A stretch of DNA of 64,000 bases, taken from contig JASFEA010000002.1 of assembly GCA_050125095.1 (NCBI GenBank), positions 69-64,068 of the forward strand, in the 5' to 3' direction. This document shows positions 49,248 to 57,560 of this stretch, piece by piece (position 1 is the stretch's first letter; each line of letters opens with the position of its first letter). The notes under the pieces were generated by a model. The model worked only from the letters and a program-made list of their open reading frames with translations, did not search any database and was not told the DNA's origin. Source of the stretch: a bacterium. GTDB taxonomy: Bacteria; Arandabacterota; Arandabacteria; Arandabacterales; JALGWA01. A program made the translations under genes and the position numbers.

Positions 49248-49355
49248 AGTGCACCCCTCCATGAATCCGTTTTTGTGGTTTTTGCCTTACTGACTAAGCC
49301 CTTGATAAATATCGGCCAGAAATCGGAGGGGCTTGAGAAAAACCGGAGGGTTATA

Positions 49356-49364
49356 AAGCGCTGT
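49356..49364 (-). promoter_or_regulatory. extended -10 promoter candidate (TGTTAAAAT) upstream of the module-1 TBDR operon
   Basis: Minus strand reads CTTGTTAAAAT, i.e. TG-n-TAAAAT, ~100 nt upstream of the TBDR start, in the 113-bp gap after the epimerase gene. Confidence 0.3.
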
Positions 49365-49375
49365 ATTTTAACAAG

Positions 49376-50407
49376 TTAGGATATGGGACGAACCCCTATT
49401 CCCGGAGCGTCGGTGAGTCTGAGTACGCCGCCCTGCCCCCGTATGCCCTCGAAGGGGTCGTCGGCTATGAGAAGATTGCCGTCCAGGTCGCAGAAGTCGA
49501 CAAGGGGCGCTATCTGCGCCGCGGCGCTTATGCCTACCGAGGTCTCAACCATACAGCCCAGCATGACCTTGAGGCCCGCGGCGCGGGCGGCGGCGATCAT
49601 TGCCAGCGTTTCCCTGATCCCGCCTGATTTCATGAGCTTTAGGTTCACGGCATGGGCGAGACCCGCCCATCCGAACACGTCCGCGGAGGAGGTCACGCTC
49701 TCGTCCACCATGATCGTAGACCCGCTTTCCGCCATGAGCCGCCGGTAACCCTCCGTGTCCGTCCTGGGAAGCGGCTGCTCGTAGAACTCTATGGAGTAGG
49801 CTTCATCATAGCGCGCCATCTTCTCCAGGGCGGTTTCGACGTCCCAGCCCTCGTTGACGTCCGCTCTAAGCACGGCATCAGTCTCGCCCCTCAGGAGATC
49901 GAGCAGTTCCCCCTCCCGCCCGAATCCCAGTTTCACCTTGAGAATCGGGTAGGATCTCAGGCGGTCCAACTGGCCTCTTATGAGGTCGACGTCCTCCACC
50001 CCGACCGTATAGGAGGTCTCTGGCGGATCCATGCCCGCGAGCCCCAGCATCTTATGAAGAGGGAGGCCGGCGGTCTTGCCCGCGACATCGTAAAGCGCGG
50101 TCTCCACGGCGGCCCTGCCCGACGGGCTCTCCGGGAACCTGGCTTTGAGAAGCCTCGAGGCCGCCGACAGAGCGAACGGGTCCTCGCCCGCTTCGGACCC
50201 CGAGAGCGCGGCTTCGGACTCCTCTATCGTACGCGCCGCCGCGTCTATGGAGTCGCCGTAGTAGGCCGATGGCGAGGCCTCCCCGTAGCCTGTGACTCCG
50301 CCGTGGTCGATCTCGGCGATCAGGACTTGCTTAACCGCCGTCGTTCCCCTCGCTATGGTGAAGGGTATTTCCAGGGTGAGTTTCTCAAGCCTGCATTTCA
50401 CTCTCAA
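49376..50407 (-). CDS. L-Ala-D/L-Glu (dipeptide) epimerase, enolase superfamily
   Basis: Enolase-superfamily layout with the KxK region (ILKVKLG), metal ligands, and the C-terminal barrel (…MLGCMVETSVGISAAAQIA…). Start likely TTG at 50407 with GGAGG 7 nt upstream, overlapping the DUF1611 stop. Confidence 0.7.
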   Translation of the reverse strand: MRVKCRLEKLTLEIPFTIARGTTAVKQVLIAEIDHGGVTGYGEASPSAYYGDSIDAAARTIEESEAALSGSEAGEDPFALSAASRLLKARFPESPSGRAAVETALYDVAGKTAGLPLHKMLGLAGMDPPETSYTVGVEDVDLIRGQLDRLRSYPILKVKLGFGREGELLDLLRGETDAVLRADVNEGWDVETALEKMARYDEAYSIEFYEQPLPRTDTEGYRRLMAESGSTIMVDESVTSSADVFGWAGLAHAVNLKLMKSGGIRETLAMIAAARAAGLKVMLGCMVETSVGISAAAQIAPLVDFCDLDGNLLIADDPFEGIRGQGGVLRLTDAPGIGVRPIS

Positions 50408-51492
50408 TATGGTGCCTCCACGGCCCGGGCGATCCGCCCGCACCCCCACCTTATCACATCGGCGACGGGAAGCCCGGTCAGGTCTTCGAGGCGCGCGGCC
50501 TCCCGCTTTGCGGGTGCTTCCTCCATGTCGAAGGTGTTTATGGCCACGCCCACCACGCGGGACGGGTGCACGAGTCCCGCGACATCCTCATGGAGCTTTA
50601 TGAGATCCGGAAGCGGCGGGATGCTGACGTCGTAGCCGGGTATGGCGGTTCTGGTCGGCTGGTGACACAGTATCATGGCGTCCGGACAGCTGCCGTGCAT
50701 AATTCCCAGGGCCACGGCGGAATAAGCCGGGTGTATGAGCGACCCCTGCCCCTCCACTATGGCGAGGCCGGCCCGCCCGAGGGCCTCCGTTGTTATGTTC
50801 TCGGTCACGGCCGACATGAAATCCCCCGGAACGCGGTCCACCGCTTCCCCCCAGCCTGCGAGCATTATGCCCGTCTGGCCCGTGGGCACGAACTCGGCGC
50901 GGGAGCCGCTCCGGTTCAGGAAACGGGCGAGCTCGAATGCAACCGTCATTTTGCCGATCCTGCAGTCGGAGCCCACAGTGAGCACCACCCTGCCCTTCTT
51001 GCGGCGCAGCGAACCCGAAGCGATGGTGTCGGGAACCCGGGGCACGCGCACGTCCCATATCCTCACCCCCGCCTCCGCGGCGGCACTCGATATCTCATCA
51101 TCTTCCCCCATCACGTGATGCAGGCCGTTGACGATGTCGAGGCCCCCGGCTATGGCCTTAAGGACCACCCCCCTCCACTCCGCGGGAAGCGCGCCTCCCC
51201 TCGGCGCGATCCCTATGAGCAGGGCGTCGGGCGAGCGGGCCAGCGCCTCCTCTATGGTGGCGACCACGGGGATTCCGCCCCCGAAGCCCAGCACATCCTC
51301 CACAGACGCCCCGGCCCGCGTGCTGTCGATGACACATGCTACGCGCTCCGGGACGTACCTTATGACGCATGCGGCAGTCTTCGAAGTGATGACGCCGAAC
51401 TCGCCCTGGGCGAGAATAGCCAGGCGCCCGTACTTATCTATGCGATCGGCCTTGTCGCCCACGCGAATCTCTCCCTGAGGTCGGCCCTGCAA
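50404..51492 (-). CDS. DUF1611-family protein (DgcN-like; partner of dipeptide epimerases)
   Basis: 362 aa. The pattern …GKMTVAFELARFLNRSGSRAEFVPTGQTGIMLAGWG… and the size match DUF1611. It sits immediately upstream of and overlapping the epimerase, the arrangement usually seen for this family. Confidence 0.5.
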   Translation of the reverse strand: MQGRPQGEIRVGDKADRIDKYGRLAILAQGEFGVITSKTAACVIRYVPERVACVIDSTRAGASVEDVLGFGGGIPVVATIEEALARSPDALLIGIAPRGGALPAEWRGVVLKAIAGGLDIVNGLHHVMGEDDEISSAAAEAGVRIWDVRVPRVPDTIASGSLRRKKGRVVLTVGSDCRIGKMTVAFELARFLNRSGSRAEFVPTGQTGIMLAGWGEAVDRVPGDFMSAVTENITTEALGRAGLAIVEGQGSLIHPAYSAVALGIMHGSCPDAMILCHQPTRTAIPGYDVSIPPLPDLIKLHEDVAGLVHPSRVVGVAINTFDMEEAPAKREAARLEDLTGLPVADVIRWGCGRIARAVEAPY

Positions 51493-52229
51493 TCCGGCGC
51501 GCCCGGATCAAGGCTCTCGATGCGGACATGTCCCGAAGCATGCAGCATGGAAAGGCCACCCAGATGTATGCCTACATGATCAATGCGGCCGGTGCCGGCG
51601 AAGAAGATCAGGTCCATGGGTCTCAGGCGCGACATGGACTTGAGCCTTCGGCCTTGAGCGGCCTGGTCGCCCGAGTCACGGGGCAACCTCAGGCCGATGA
51701 ATTCGTACAGCGCCTGCACGAGACCCGAGCAGTCGAAGCCGAAAGTGCTCTTGCCGCCCCAGAGATATGGCGTACCTATGACTTCGGGGATCAGACCGTT
51801 GAGGAGGGCCAGGGCGCGTCTGGGGCCGCCGGGCCTGCGGGGCCCCACCCTGCCGCCCGTGAGGTTCTTAAGGTCCCCCGCCCTCAGCCTGCCCGGGACG
51901 CCGTCGGGGCCCGTGATCACGGCCGTGGCGCCGCGCGCGCTTTCCACGGCCACGAGGCTCCCGATAGGGAGCATTATGTCGCCGAGCTTTCCGCGCCTGA
52001 GCCTGGCGAACCGGCGGACTACCGCGTGCGTCGGCCTGTAGGAAGGGGCTTCAACGACAGCCGAGGCCGGCGTCCAGCCTCTCATCCCGTCCGCTGTCTC
52101 GCAGCGGAGCCAGTCGCCCTTTCTCCGGACCGCGACGAGCCGTCTGCCCCAGACCTCCTGAGTGACAAGCTCGGACCGGGTACTCGGACCCGATCTGAGG
52201 CCAATAACGGGGCGGGCTGCAATGGCCAT
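51438..52229 (-). CDS. NlpC/P60 gamma-D-glutamyl-L-diamino acid endopeptidase with N-terminal SH3b-like domain (YkfC-like), no signal peptide
   Basis: 263 aa. Catalytic Cys motif GTPYLWGGKSTFGFDCSGLVQ, a downstream His (HVGIHLG), and an N-terminal SH3b-like region. The absence of a signal peptide suggests a cytoplasmic murein-peptide hydrolase. Confidence 0.7.
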   Translation of the reverse strand: MAIAARPVIGLRSGPSTRSELVTQEVWGRRLVAVRRKGDWLRCETADGMRGWTPASAVVEAPSYRPTHAVVRRFARLRRGKLGDIMLPIGSLVAVESARGATAVITGPDGVPGRLRAGDLKNLTGGRVGPRRPGGPRRALALLNGLIPEVIGTPYLWGGKSTFGFDCSGLVQALYEFIGLRLPRDSGDQAAQGRRLKSMSRLRPMDLIFFAGTGRIDHVGIHLGGLSMLHASGHVRIESLDPGAPDCRADLRERFAWATRPIA

Positions 52230-52246
52230 GTGCTATGGTCCCGGGT

Positions 52247-53500
52247 CTAGTAGTCTTCGGTGAGGCGGTAATCGCCGAAGCCCAGCTCGTCAACAAACAC
52301 GAAGCGTCTGCCGAGGCTGTTGTAATACCAGACCTCGGTCGCGTCCCGGTCAGCATCGTAAGGATATGATTCGATCTGGTCGGGCTCGCCGTAGATGATA
52401 TAGATTCGCCCGCGGTCGGTCTTCCAGCCCGCGGTCTGGGGCGCGCCAAAACGGACATTCGCGGTGTCGAATCTCCGGACATGCTCGTCATAGAATTCGT
52501 TCTCTTCAGTGTCGGGAGTGGGGTCTTTTTCCTTCCAGAACTCGTCCCAGAGCACCTTGCGCTCCTCGGGGCCGGCCTTGCGGAGCCTGTCGAGGAAGCT
52601 CCCGCTGGCGATATAGTGGAGCAGGTCCACCGCGCTCTCGACGTCCTTGCCCCAGTAGAAGAACTGGCTTCTTACCTCGAAAACCTTGGCCCTGGCTACC
52701 CTGAAGTCCCCGCCATCGCCCTCATCACGCGGAATGCCCACGATCAGATTGAAGACGCCGTTGGAGATCGCCTCGGCGGGAATATCGATCTCGACGGGGG
52801 CCGTGCCCGCCTCGGTGACGGTGACGGTGTCCTGGTAAGCCGTCTCCTCCTGTGACTTCATGACCCTGTAGACGACATCGAGCGGCACCTGTTCTTCCTC
52901 GGCGTAGACTTCGAAATAAACCGGGATGGACGTCAATTCACCCCTGTATGAGCGTATGACGTTCGGATAGACGCGCGATCGCCCGCGCGTTCCCTGTTCC
53001 TCGAAGCGCAGGTCGCTCAGCGAAGGGAGGTCATCGAGTCCGGGGATCATGAACTTGACCTCGACCTTGCTTCTCATGTTGGTGTCGCGGTCGCAGAGGG
53101 AAACGGTGAGACTGAAGTCCCCCGCCGGCGCCGGGAAAGACATCACGCCCGTTCGCACCGAGTCGCTTGAAGTAGTCTCCTCGTACTTATCAGCCCTCAG
53201 TCTGAGACGCTGGGTGTCGCCGGCAACCTGAGAGCTGCCGCTTTCGAAGAGGATGACGGAGAAGTCCGCGCTTGCGCTGTAATCGCCCTTGTTCGATCTC
53301 ACGAACTGGAGCGCGCGGTTGGTGACCCTGAAGTAAACCTCCACCCAGTACCTGTCGCCCCGTTTGAAATAGGCGGCGTCAGTGCAGAAGAAGGGAATTC
53401 CGCTCGAGCATGAGGGCAGGGTTAGCTCATCGGCGGCGGTGAGCCCGGCCGCGGCAATCAAGATCGCCACGAATAGATATGAGGACCTGATTGAACTCAT
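52247..53500 (-). CDS. GWxTD-domain secreted protein, paralog 1
   Basis: 417 aa with a signal peptide. The C-terminal motif FYDEHVRRFDTANVRFGAPQTAGWKTDRGRIYIIYGEPDQIES…EVWYYNSLGRRFVFVDELGFGDYRL contains the eponymous GWxTD(R)G…YI.YG.PD signature. Confidence 0.7.
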   Translation of the reverse strand: MSSIRSSYLFVAILIAAAGLTAADELTLPSCSSGIPFFCTDAAYFKRGDRYWVEVYFRVTNRALQFVRSNKGDYSASADFSVILFESGSSQVAGDTQRLRLRADKYEETTSSDSVRTGVMSFPAPAGDFSLTVSLCDRDTNMRSKVEVKFMIPGLDDLPSLSDLRFEEQGTRGRSRVYPNVIRSYRGELTSIPVYFEVYAEEEQVPLDVVYRVMKSQEETAYQDTVTVTEAGTAPVEIDIPAEAISNGVFNLIVGIPRDEGDGGDFRVARAKVFEVRSQFFYWGKDVESAVDLLHYIASGSFLDRLRKAGPEERKVLWDEFWKEKDPTPDTEENEFYDEHVRRFDTANVRFGAPQTAGWKTDRGRIYIIYGEPDQIESYPYDADRDATEVWYYNSLGRRFVFVDELGFGDYRLTEDY

Positions 53501-53549
53501 AGTAACCGGCGCAGATGCTGCGGCGCTCGGCGCCCGGGCCCTTCTTTAA

Positions 53550-54857
53550 TTACCGCAGGCCGACGGCCCTGGCGAGTAGCGCCAGTGAAATCACGTAATC
53601 ATACCGGGCCTCGACGTAGGAGGTCCGGGCCTCGCTGAGAGACACCTGTGAATCTATCTGCTCGAGCATCGTGGCGGCGCCTAGCCTGTATCGCTCCACG
53701 GCGAGTTTGAACTCCTCTTCGGACAGCTCCACGGTTTCGGCGCTCACCTTCATCCTCTGTCTTGCTTCTTCGACATTATAATAGGCTTCCTTGACCTCGA
53801 GTGCAACATCCCTCTTGACCTGCGCCAGGTCTTCTTTGGCAGTATTGAGCTGGGCCCTGTACTGCTTGCCCCTGCCCCAGCGGCTGAGACCGGTGAAGAT
53901 GTCAAAGGACATGCTGAGTCCCCAGGTCAGCTCCGACTCCTCCCAGGCCTCGGAGAGCTTGAGCCGGTCCTCGCCCGACCAGGAGTAGTTGGCGGAGAAA
54001 TTGAAACGAGGCAGCCAGTTTCCGCGGTTCTGCCATACGCCGTAATTCCGCGACTTCACGACCTCCTCGGCCCCTCTCACTTCGGGCCGCATCCTCATGG
54101 CCGAATCGAGAATCTCATCGAGATTGTATTCGCGCTCCTCTATGCCCAGGTCTTCGTCCAGGACTATACTGCACTCCCCGTCGATGGCCAGGAAGTGGCA
54201 TAGCCCCGTCTCCGCAAGCCGGAGATCATTCTCGGCCGAAATCAGATCGAGCTTGTTCCGGCTCACCTCGACGCCGGCGCGGAGCACGTCCGAAATCACC
54301 GCCGAGCCCACCTCCACCAGGGCCTCCGCTCTCTCGAGCTGCTTCTGGCTCAGTTCATAGGCCTCCTGGCGCACCTCCAGGAGCTTCTGCGCCTTGAGCA
54401 CGTCAAGGAACCGCTGCCTGGCAGTGAGGGCGATGTCGGCTTCCACCGAGAACATGGACTGCACCGCGGCTCTCTTGTCGGCCTCCGCTCCCAGCCATCC
54501 TGCAATGTTGGAGCCACCGTGAAAAATGGGCTGGCTGAAGTAAAGGGCTGTGTTGAACGACCCCGGGGGTACCAGCCTGTCGCCCACCACGCCCGCGAAA
54601 GGCGATCTTCGATAGTTGACGCTGTAGGATACCTGAGGCAAGAGGTTCGAGAGCGCGCTAAGTCCGGCGCCCTCGGCCCGTTCCACGTTGTAATTCGCCT
54701 GCAGGACGGCCACATTGACCTCGAGGGCCCGCTCCACGCAATCGTCTATGCTGAGCTCCATAACCCTGTCAGCGCAGTGGCCTGGATTGAAGCCCCCCGT
54801 CAGAACCGCCGTCGCCGCAGCTGCGGCCAGCACCATCTTGAAGCACCTTCTACTCAT
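53550..54857 (-). CDS. TolC-family outer-membrane efflux protein
   Basis: 435 aa with a signal peptide and two repeated coiled-coil/beta regions with TolC/OprM-type motifs (…LPQVSYSVNYRRS…; …ISLALLARAVGLR C-terminus). RBS AAGGAGG. Confidence 0.8.
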   Translation of the reverse strand: MSRRCFKMVLAAAAATAVLTGGFNPGHCADRVMELSIDDCVERALEVNVAVLQANYNVERAEGAGLSALSNLLPQVSYSVNYRRSPFAGVVGDRLVPPGSFNTALYFSQPIFHGGSNIAGWLGAEADKRAAVQSMFSVEADIALTARQRFLDVLKAQKLLEVRQEAYELSQKQLERAEALVEVGSAVISDVLRAGVEVSRNKLDLISAENDLRLAETGLCHFLAIDGECSIVLDEDLGIEEREYNLDEILDSAMRMRPEVRGAEEVVKSRNYGVWQNRGNWLPRFNFSANYSWSGEDRLKLSEAWEESELTWGLSMSFDIFTGLSRWGRGKQYRAQLNTAKEDLAQVKRDVALEVKEAYYNVEEARQRMKVSAETVELSEEEFKLAVERYRLGAATMLEQIDSQVSLSEARTSYVEARYDYVISLALLARAVGLR

Positions 54858-54881
54858 TATGTCCTCCTTTCATACCGTCAG

Positions 54882-54910
54882 AGCATAGCAAGACTGCCAA
54901 ATGTAATCAA
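54882..54910 (-). promoter_or_regulatory. sigma70-like promoter candidate upstream of tolC (TTGATT-17-TATGCT)
   Basis: Minus strand -35 TTGATT (54910..54905), a 17-nt spacer, and -10 TATGCT (54887..54882), ~25 nt upstream of the tolC ATG. Confidence 0.3.
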
Positions 54911-55067
54911 TCATCTACCGGCACAAACGGCGCGGCCGCCGGACGGACTGCGCCGCTGCGCTGGCGTCAAGGGGAGACAGGATATCTCACAGGGGGCTTT
55001 CCGGCAGCCCGAAAGGTGCCGAAACTCGCCCGCTTGCGCCGTCCTCTCCAGGTAAGGCAGGACAGCG

Positions 55068-55679
55068 TCACTGCGTGAGAGTAAACCTGAACGGGATGCT
55101 GATCGTCGCCTTTACAGGCACGTCGCGCTGCTTTGCCGGACTGAATCTGAACCTGTACGCGGCCGCTATAGCGGCGTTGTTGAGGATCTCGGCTTCACTC
55201 TGCCCGACCCAGGCGCTTATGACGCGGCCGCTCTCGTCAATCGTGACCATGACTACGACGAGCCCTTCCACCTCGGCGCTTCTCGCCAGGTCCGGGTACT
55301 CGGGTTCGGCTGCCTGCAGGACCTGCGGGTAAGTGTCGAAGGCGAAGAACATCTCCGGCTCCGGCGGGGGCGGAGGCGGCGCGGGCGGAAGATTCTCGGC
55401 GTCGAGGAACGTGGGCGCGATAGTCTCCTCCTCGCTCACGTCGTCGCTCGCCTCGATCTCCACCGCGACCTCGGGTCGGACAATTTCCTCTGGCGGAGGA
55501 GGAATCTCGATCTCCGGCGGCACTTCGACCACCTCGATCCTCTCCTCGCGCAGTTTGTAGACGCCCGGAACGTATTCGGGCCAGAAGGCAAAGGCAACAG
55601 CATGAATCAGAATCGCGCCAAGGAAGCCGATCTCCAGGTACTTCTTGTACTTCTTCTTGAACTCAGCGTGAGCTGTCAC
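55068..55679 (-). CDS. tonB: energy transducer TonB
   Basis: 203 aa with an N-terminal TM anchor, a Pro/Glu-rich spacer (PPEIEIPPPPEE…PPAPPPPPPEPE), and a C-terminal TonB domain (…VEGLVVVMVTIDESGRVISAWV…). Confidence 0.85.
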   Translation of the reverse strand: MTAHAEFKKKYKKYLEIGFLGAILIHAVAFAFWPEYVPGVYKLREERIEVVEVPPEIEIPPPPEEIVRPEVAVEIEASDDVSEEETIAPTFLDAENLPPAPPPPPPEPEMFFAFDTYPQVLQAAEPEYPDLARSAEVEGLVVVMVTIDESGRVISAWVGQSEAEILNNAAIAAAYRFRFSPAKQRDVPVKATISIPFRFTLTQ

Positions 55680-55689
55680 CTGAACGCTC

Positions 55690-56109
55690 CTATCTGAATC
55701 TCATCTTCTCTTTCTTGGAGGCAAACGACACCCTGACGGCGCTTGCCCGCTTGAGCGACTCCATGATGTCCGCCATCACGGCATAGGGCGCCATCTCGTC
55801 GGTGTAGAAAGCGACGATTATGCCAGGATTGGCCCTCACGCGCTGGGCTATAATGCCCTCCACGGCATTGGGCGCCACTATCATGTCGTTGATGGAAATC
55901 CTGCCGGTGCGGTCCACCCAGATATGCGCGACGTTCTCCCTGGGGATGTCCTGGGCCGCCTCCGCTTTGGGAAGCGATATGGGAAGGCCCTCCTCCAGCT
56001 TCAGAACCGTCGTCACCATGAAGAATACGAGCAGCAGGAAGGCGATATCGGCCATCGAGGAGGTCGGGATAGTGGCGGTTACCTTCTGCTTCTTCTCGAA
56101 ATGTGCCAT
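55690..56109 (-). CDS. exbD: biopolymer transport protein ExbD/TolR
   Basis: 139 aa. N-terminal TM (IAFLLLVFFMVTT) plus a periplasmic domain; typical ExbD. Confidence 0.85.
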   Translation of the reverse strand: MAHFEKKQKVTATIPTSSMADIAFLLLVFFMVTTVLKLEEGLPISLPKAEAAQDIPRENVAHIWVDRTGRISINDMIVAPNAVEGIIAQRVRANPGIIVAFYTDEMAPYAVMADIMESLKRASAVRVSFASKKEKMRFR

Positions 56110-56126
56110 TTCTCTCTCCCCTGCTC

Positions 56127-56531
56127 CTATTTCTCCAGAGTCTTGAGCGAGACCCTCTGGGCCTGCGCCAGCTTGAGCTCGTCCAGCATGTCGATCATCA
56201 GGCCGTATGTCGCATTGGGGTCGGTCTCCACTACAACGATGAGCTTGTCGTTCTCCATCATGGCCTGCTCGACGCGCCCGCGCACGTCGTGCAGGTTCAC
56301 GACTTCGTCATCGATGGTGACCGTGCCATCGGCGTAGCCGGACACTCTCATGATGTTCTTCCGCGAGATCTTCTTCGCCACGGCCTCCTTGCTCGGGAGG
56401 TCCAGAATGAGCCCCTCCTCTATGGCGAACACGGTGGAGACCATGAAGAAGATAAGGAGCAAGAACGCAATGTCCGACAGAGATGAATTGGGTATCTCGG
56501 TCGAGACTTTGGATCTCTTCTTGAACTTCAA
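56127..56531 (-). CDS. exbD: biopolymer transport protein ExbD/TolR (second copy)
   Basis: 134 aa. DIAFLLLIFFMVSTVF TM plus a periplasmic domain. It is a paralog of the downstream exbD. Confidence 0.85.
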   Translation of the reverse strand: MKFKKRSKVSTEIPNSSLSDIAFLLLIFFMVSTVFAIEEGLILDLPSKEAVAKKISRKNIMRVSGYADGTVTIDDEVVNLHDVRGRVEQAMMENDKLIVVVETDPNATYGLMIDMLDELKLAQAQRVSLKTLEK

Positions 56532-56533
56532 CT

Positions 56534-57427
56534 CTATTCACCTACCTTGGGCGGCTGCATCTTGCCGAGAATGACAAGCGTATCCACCAGGTCAGCACTT
56601 GATTCTTCCATCTCGATAATGAACCGGTCGATCTGGGACACGAAGTAGTTATGGAAGGTCTGCATCGGGATGGCGATGATGAGACCCGTCGCAGTGGTGA
56701 TAAGAGCCTCCGAGATACCGGAGGCCACGAGCTTGGCGTTTACCTGCTCGGCTTCGGCGATGGCGTTGAACGCCCTGATCATACCCGACACCGTCCCGAG
56801 GAAGCCCAGGAGCGGCGCCACCGTGGCGACGGTCGAGAGCCAGATGAGGCCCCTCTCCAGGAACGAGGTCTCCACGGTCCCGGCGGCGACGATGGACCTC
56901 TCTACCGCCTCGGTACCCATGTCGGCCCGCTTGAGACCGGCGTGAAGAATGCTGGCGATCGGGCCTCTCGTCCTCTCGCACTCCTGTGCGGCGGCTTCGA
57001 CACCCTTTGAGTGGAGCGCGTCGAGCACTTTCTTCATGAGCCGGCGTGTATCGGTGCGTGCGCGCGTCAACGTTATGAGCCTTTCAATGATAACGGCCAC
57101 GCCGATGATGGACGTGACCAGCAGAGCGTACATGAAGTTCCCGCCCTTGAAGAAGAGTGTCACGAGCCCGCTCTCTCTGAGCCGGGTCATCATGCCGCCT
57201 TCGGGCATTTCGGCCTCTTCAACCGGAGTCTCCACCGAAGCCAGAAGGTCAGCCAGAGAACTGTCGACCTGAGCTTCCATAGCGGCTCCTTCAGCACCTT
57301 CGGCGCCCTCCTCGGCGGTCGCCCCGGCTGCCTCCGCAGATCCCTCCTGAGCAAGGCAGAAACCTGCGACTGAAATTACGAGCATACTGATGACGATTAG
57401 GGACACCCAGATCCTGACGTGAGTCAT
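56534..57427 (-). CDS. exbB: MotA/TolQ/ExbB proton-channel protein with cleavable signal peptide and acidic N-terminal periplasmic extension
   Basis: Start chosen at ATG 57427, preceded by AGGAG 8 nt upstream: MTHVRIWVSLIVISMLVISVAGFCLA. An Ala/Glu/Gly-rich ~60-aa region follows, then three TM helices of the MotA/ExbB family (…LGFLGTVSGMIRAFNAIA…). Confidence 0.8.
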   Translation of the reverse strand: MTHVRIWVSLIVISMLVISVAGFCLAQEGSAEAAGATAEEGAEGAEGAAMEAQVDSSLADLLASVETPVEEAEMPEGGMMTRLRESGLVTLFFKGGNFMYALLVTSIIGVAVIIERLITLTRARTDTRRLMKKVLDALHSKGVEAAAQECERTRGPIASILHAGLKRADMGTEAVERSIVAAGTVETSFLERGLIWLSTVATVAPLLGFLGTVSGMIRAFNAIAEAEQVNAKLVASGISEALITTATGLIIAIPMQTFHNYFVSQIDRFIIEMEESSADLVDTLVILGKMQPPKVGE

Positions 57428-57524
57428 TGACAAATCTCCTTGATTGGCTGTTGACCCAGAACGCACTACCCTTGTAGGGATGGCATTCAACGATTACCTA
57501 AAAGAAGCAAAATCAACTCTCAAA

Positions 57525-57553
57525 ACCTTAATACCGGGTATTTTTGTTGTCAA
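57525..57553 (-). promoter_or_regulatory. sigma70-like promoter candidate for exbB-exbD-exbD-tonB (TTGACA-17-TAAGGT)
   Basis: Minus strand -35 TTGACA (57553..57548), a 17-nt spacer, and a weak -10 TAAGGT (57530..57525), in the 133-bp gap upstream of exbB. Confidence 0.25.
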
Positions 57554-57560
57554 CCCTTTT

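Noticed and set aside
54858-55067. Sigma-54 promoter (TGGCAG…TTGC) upstream of tolC
   Set aside because: The GG and GC elements are separated by only 7 nt instead of the required 10; a sigma70-like TTGATT-17-TATGCT fits better.
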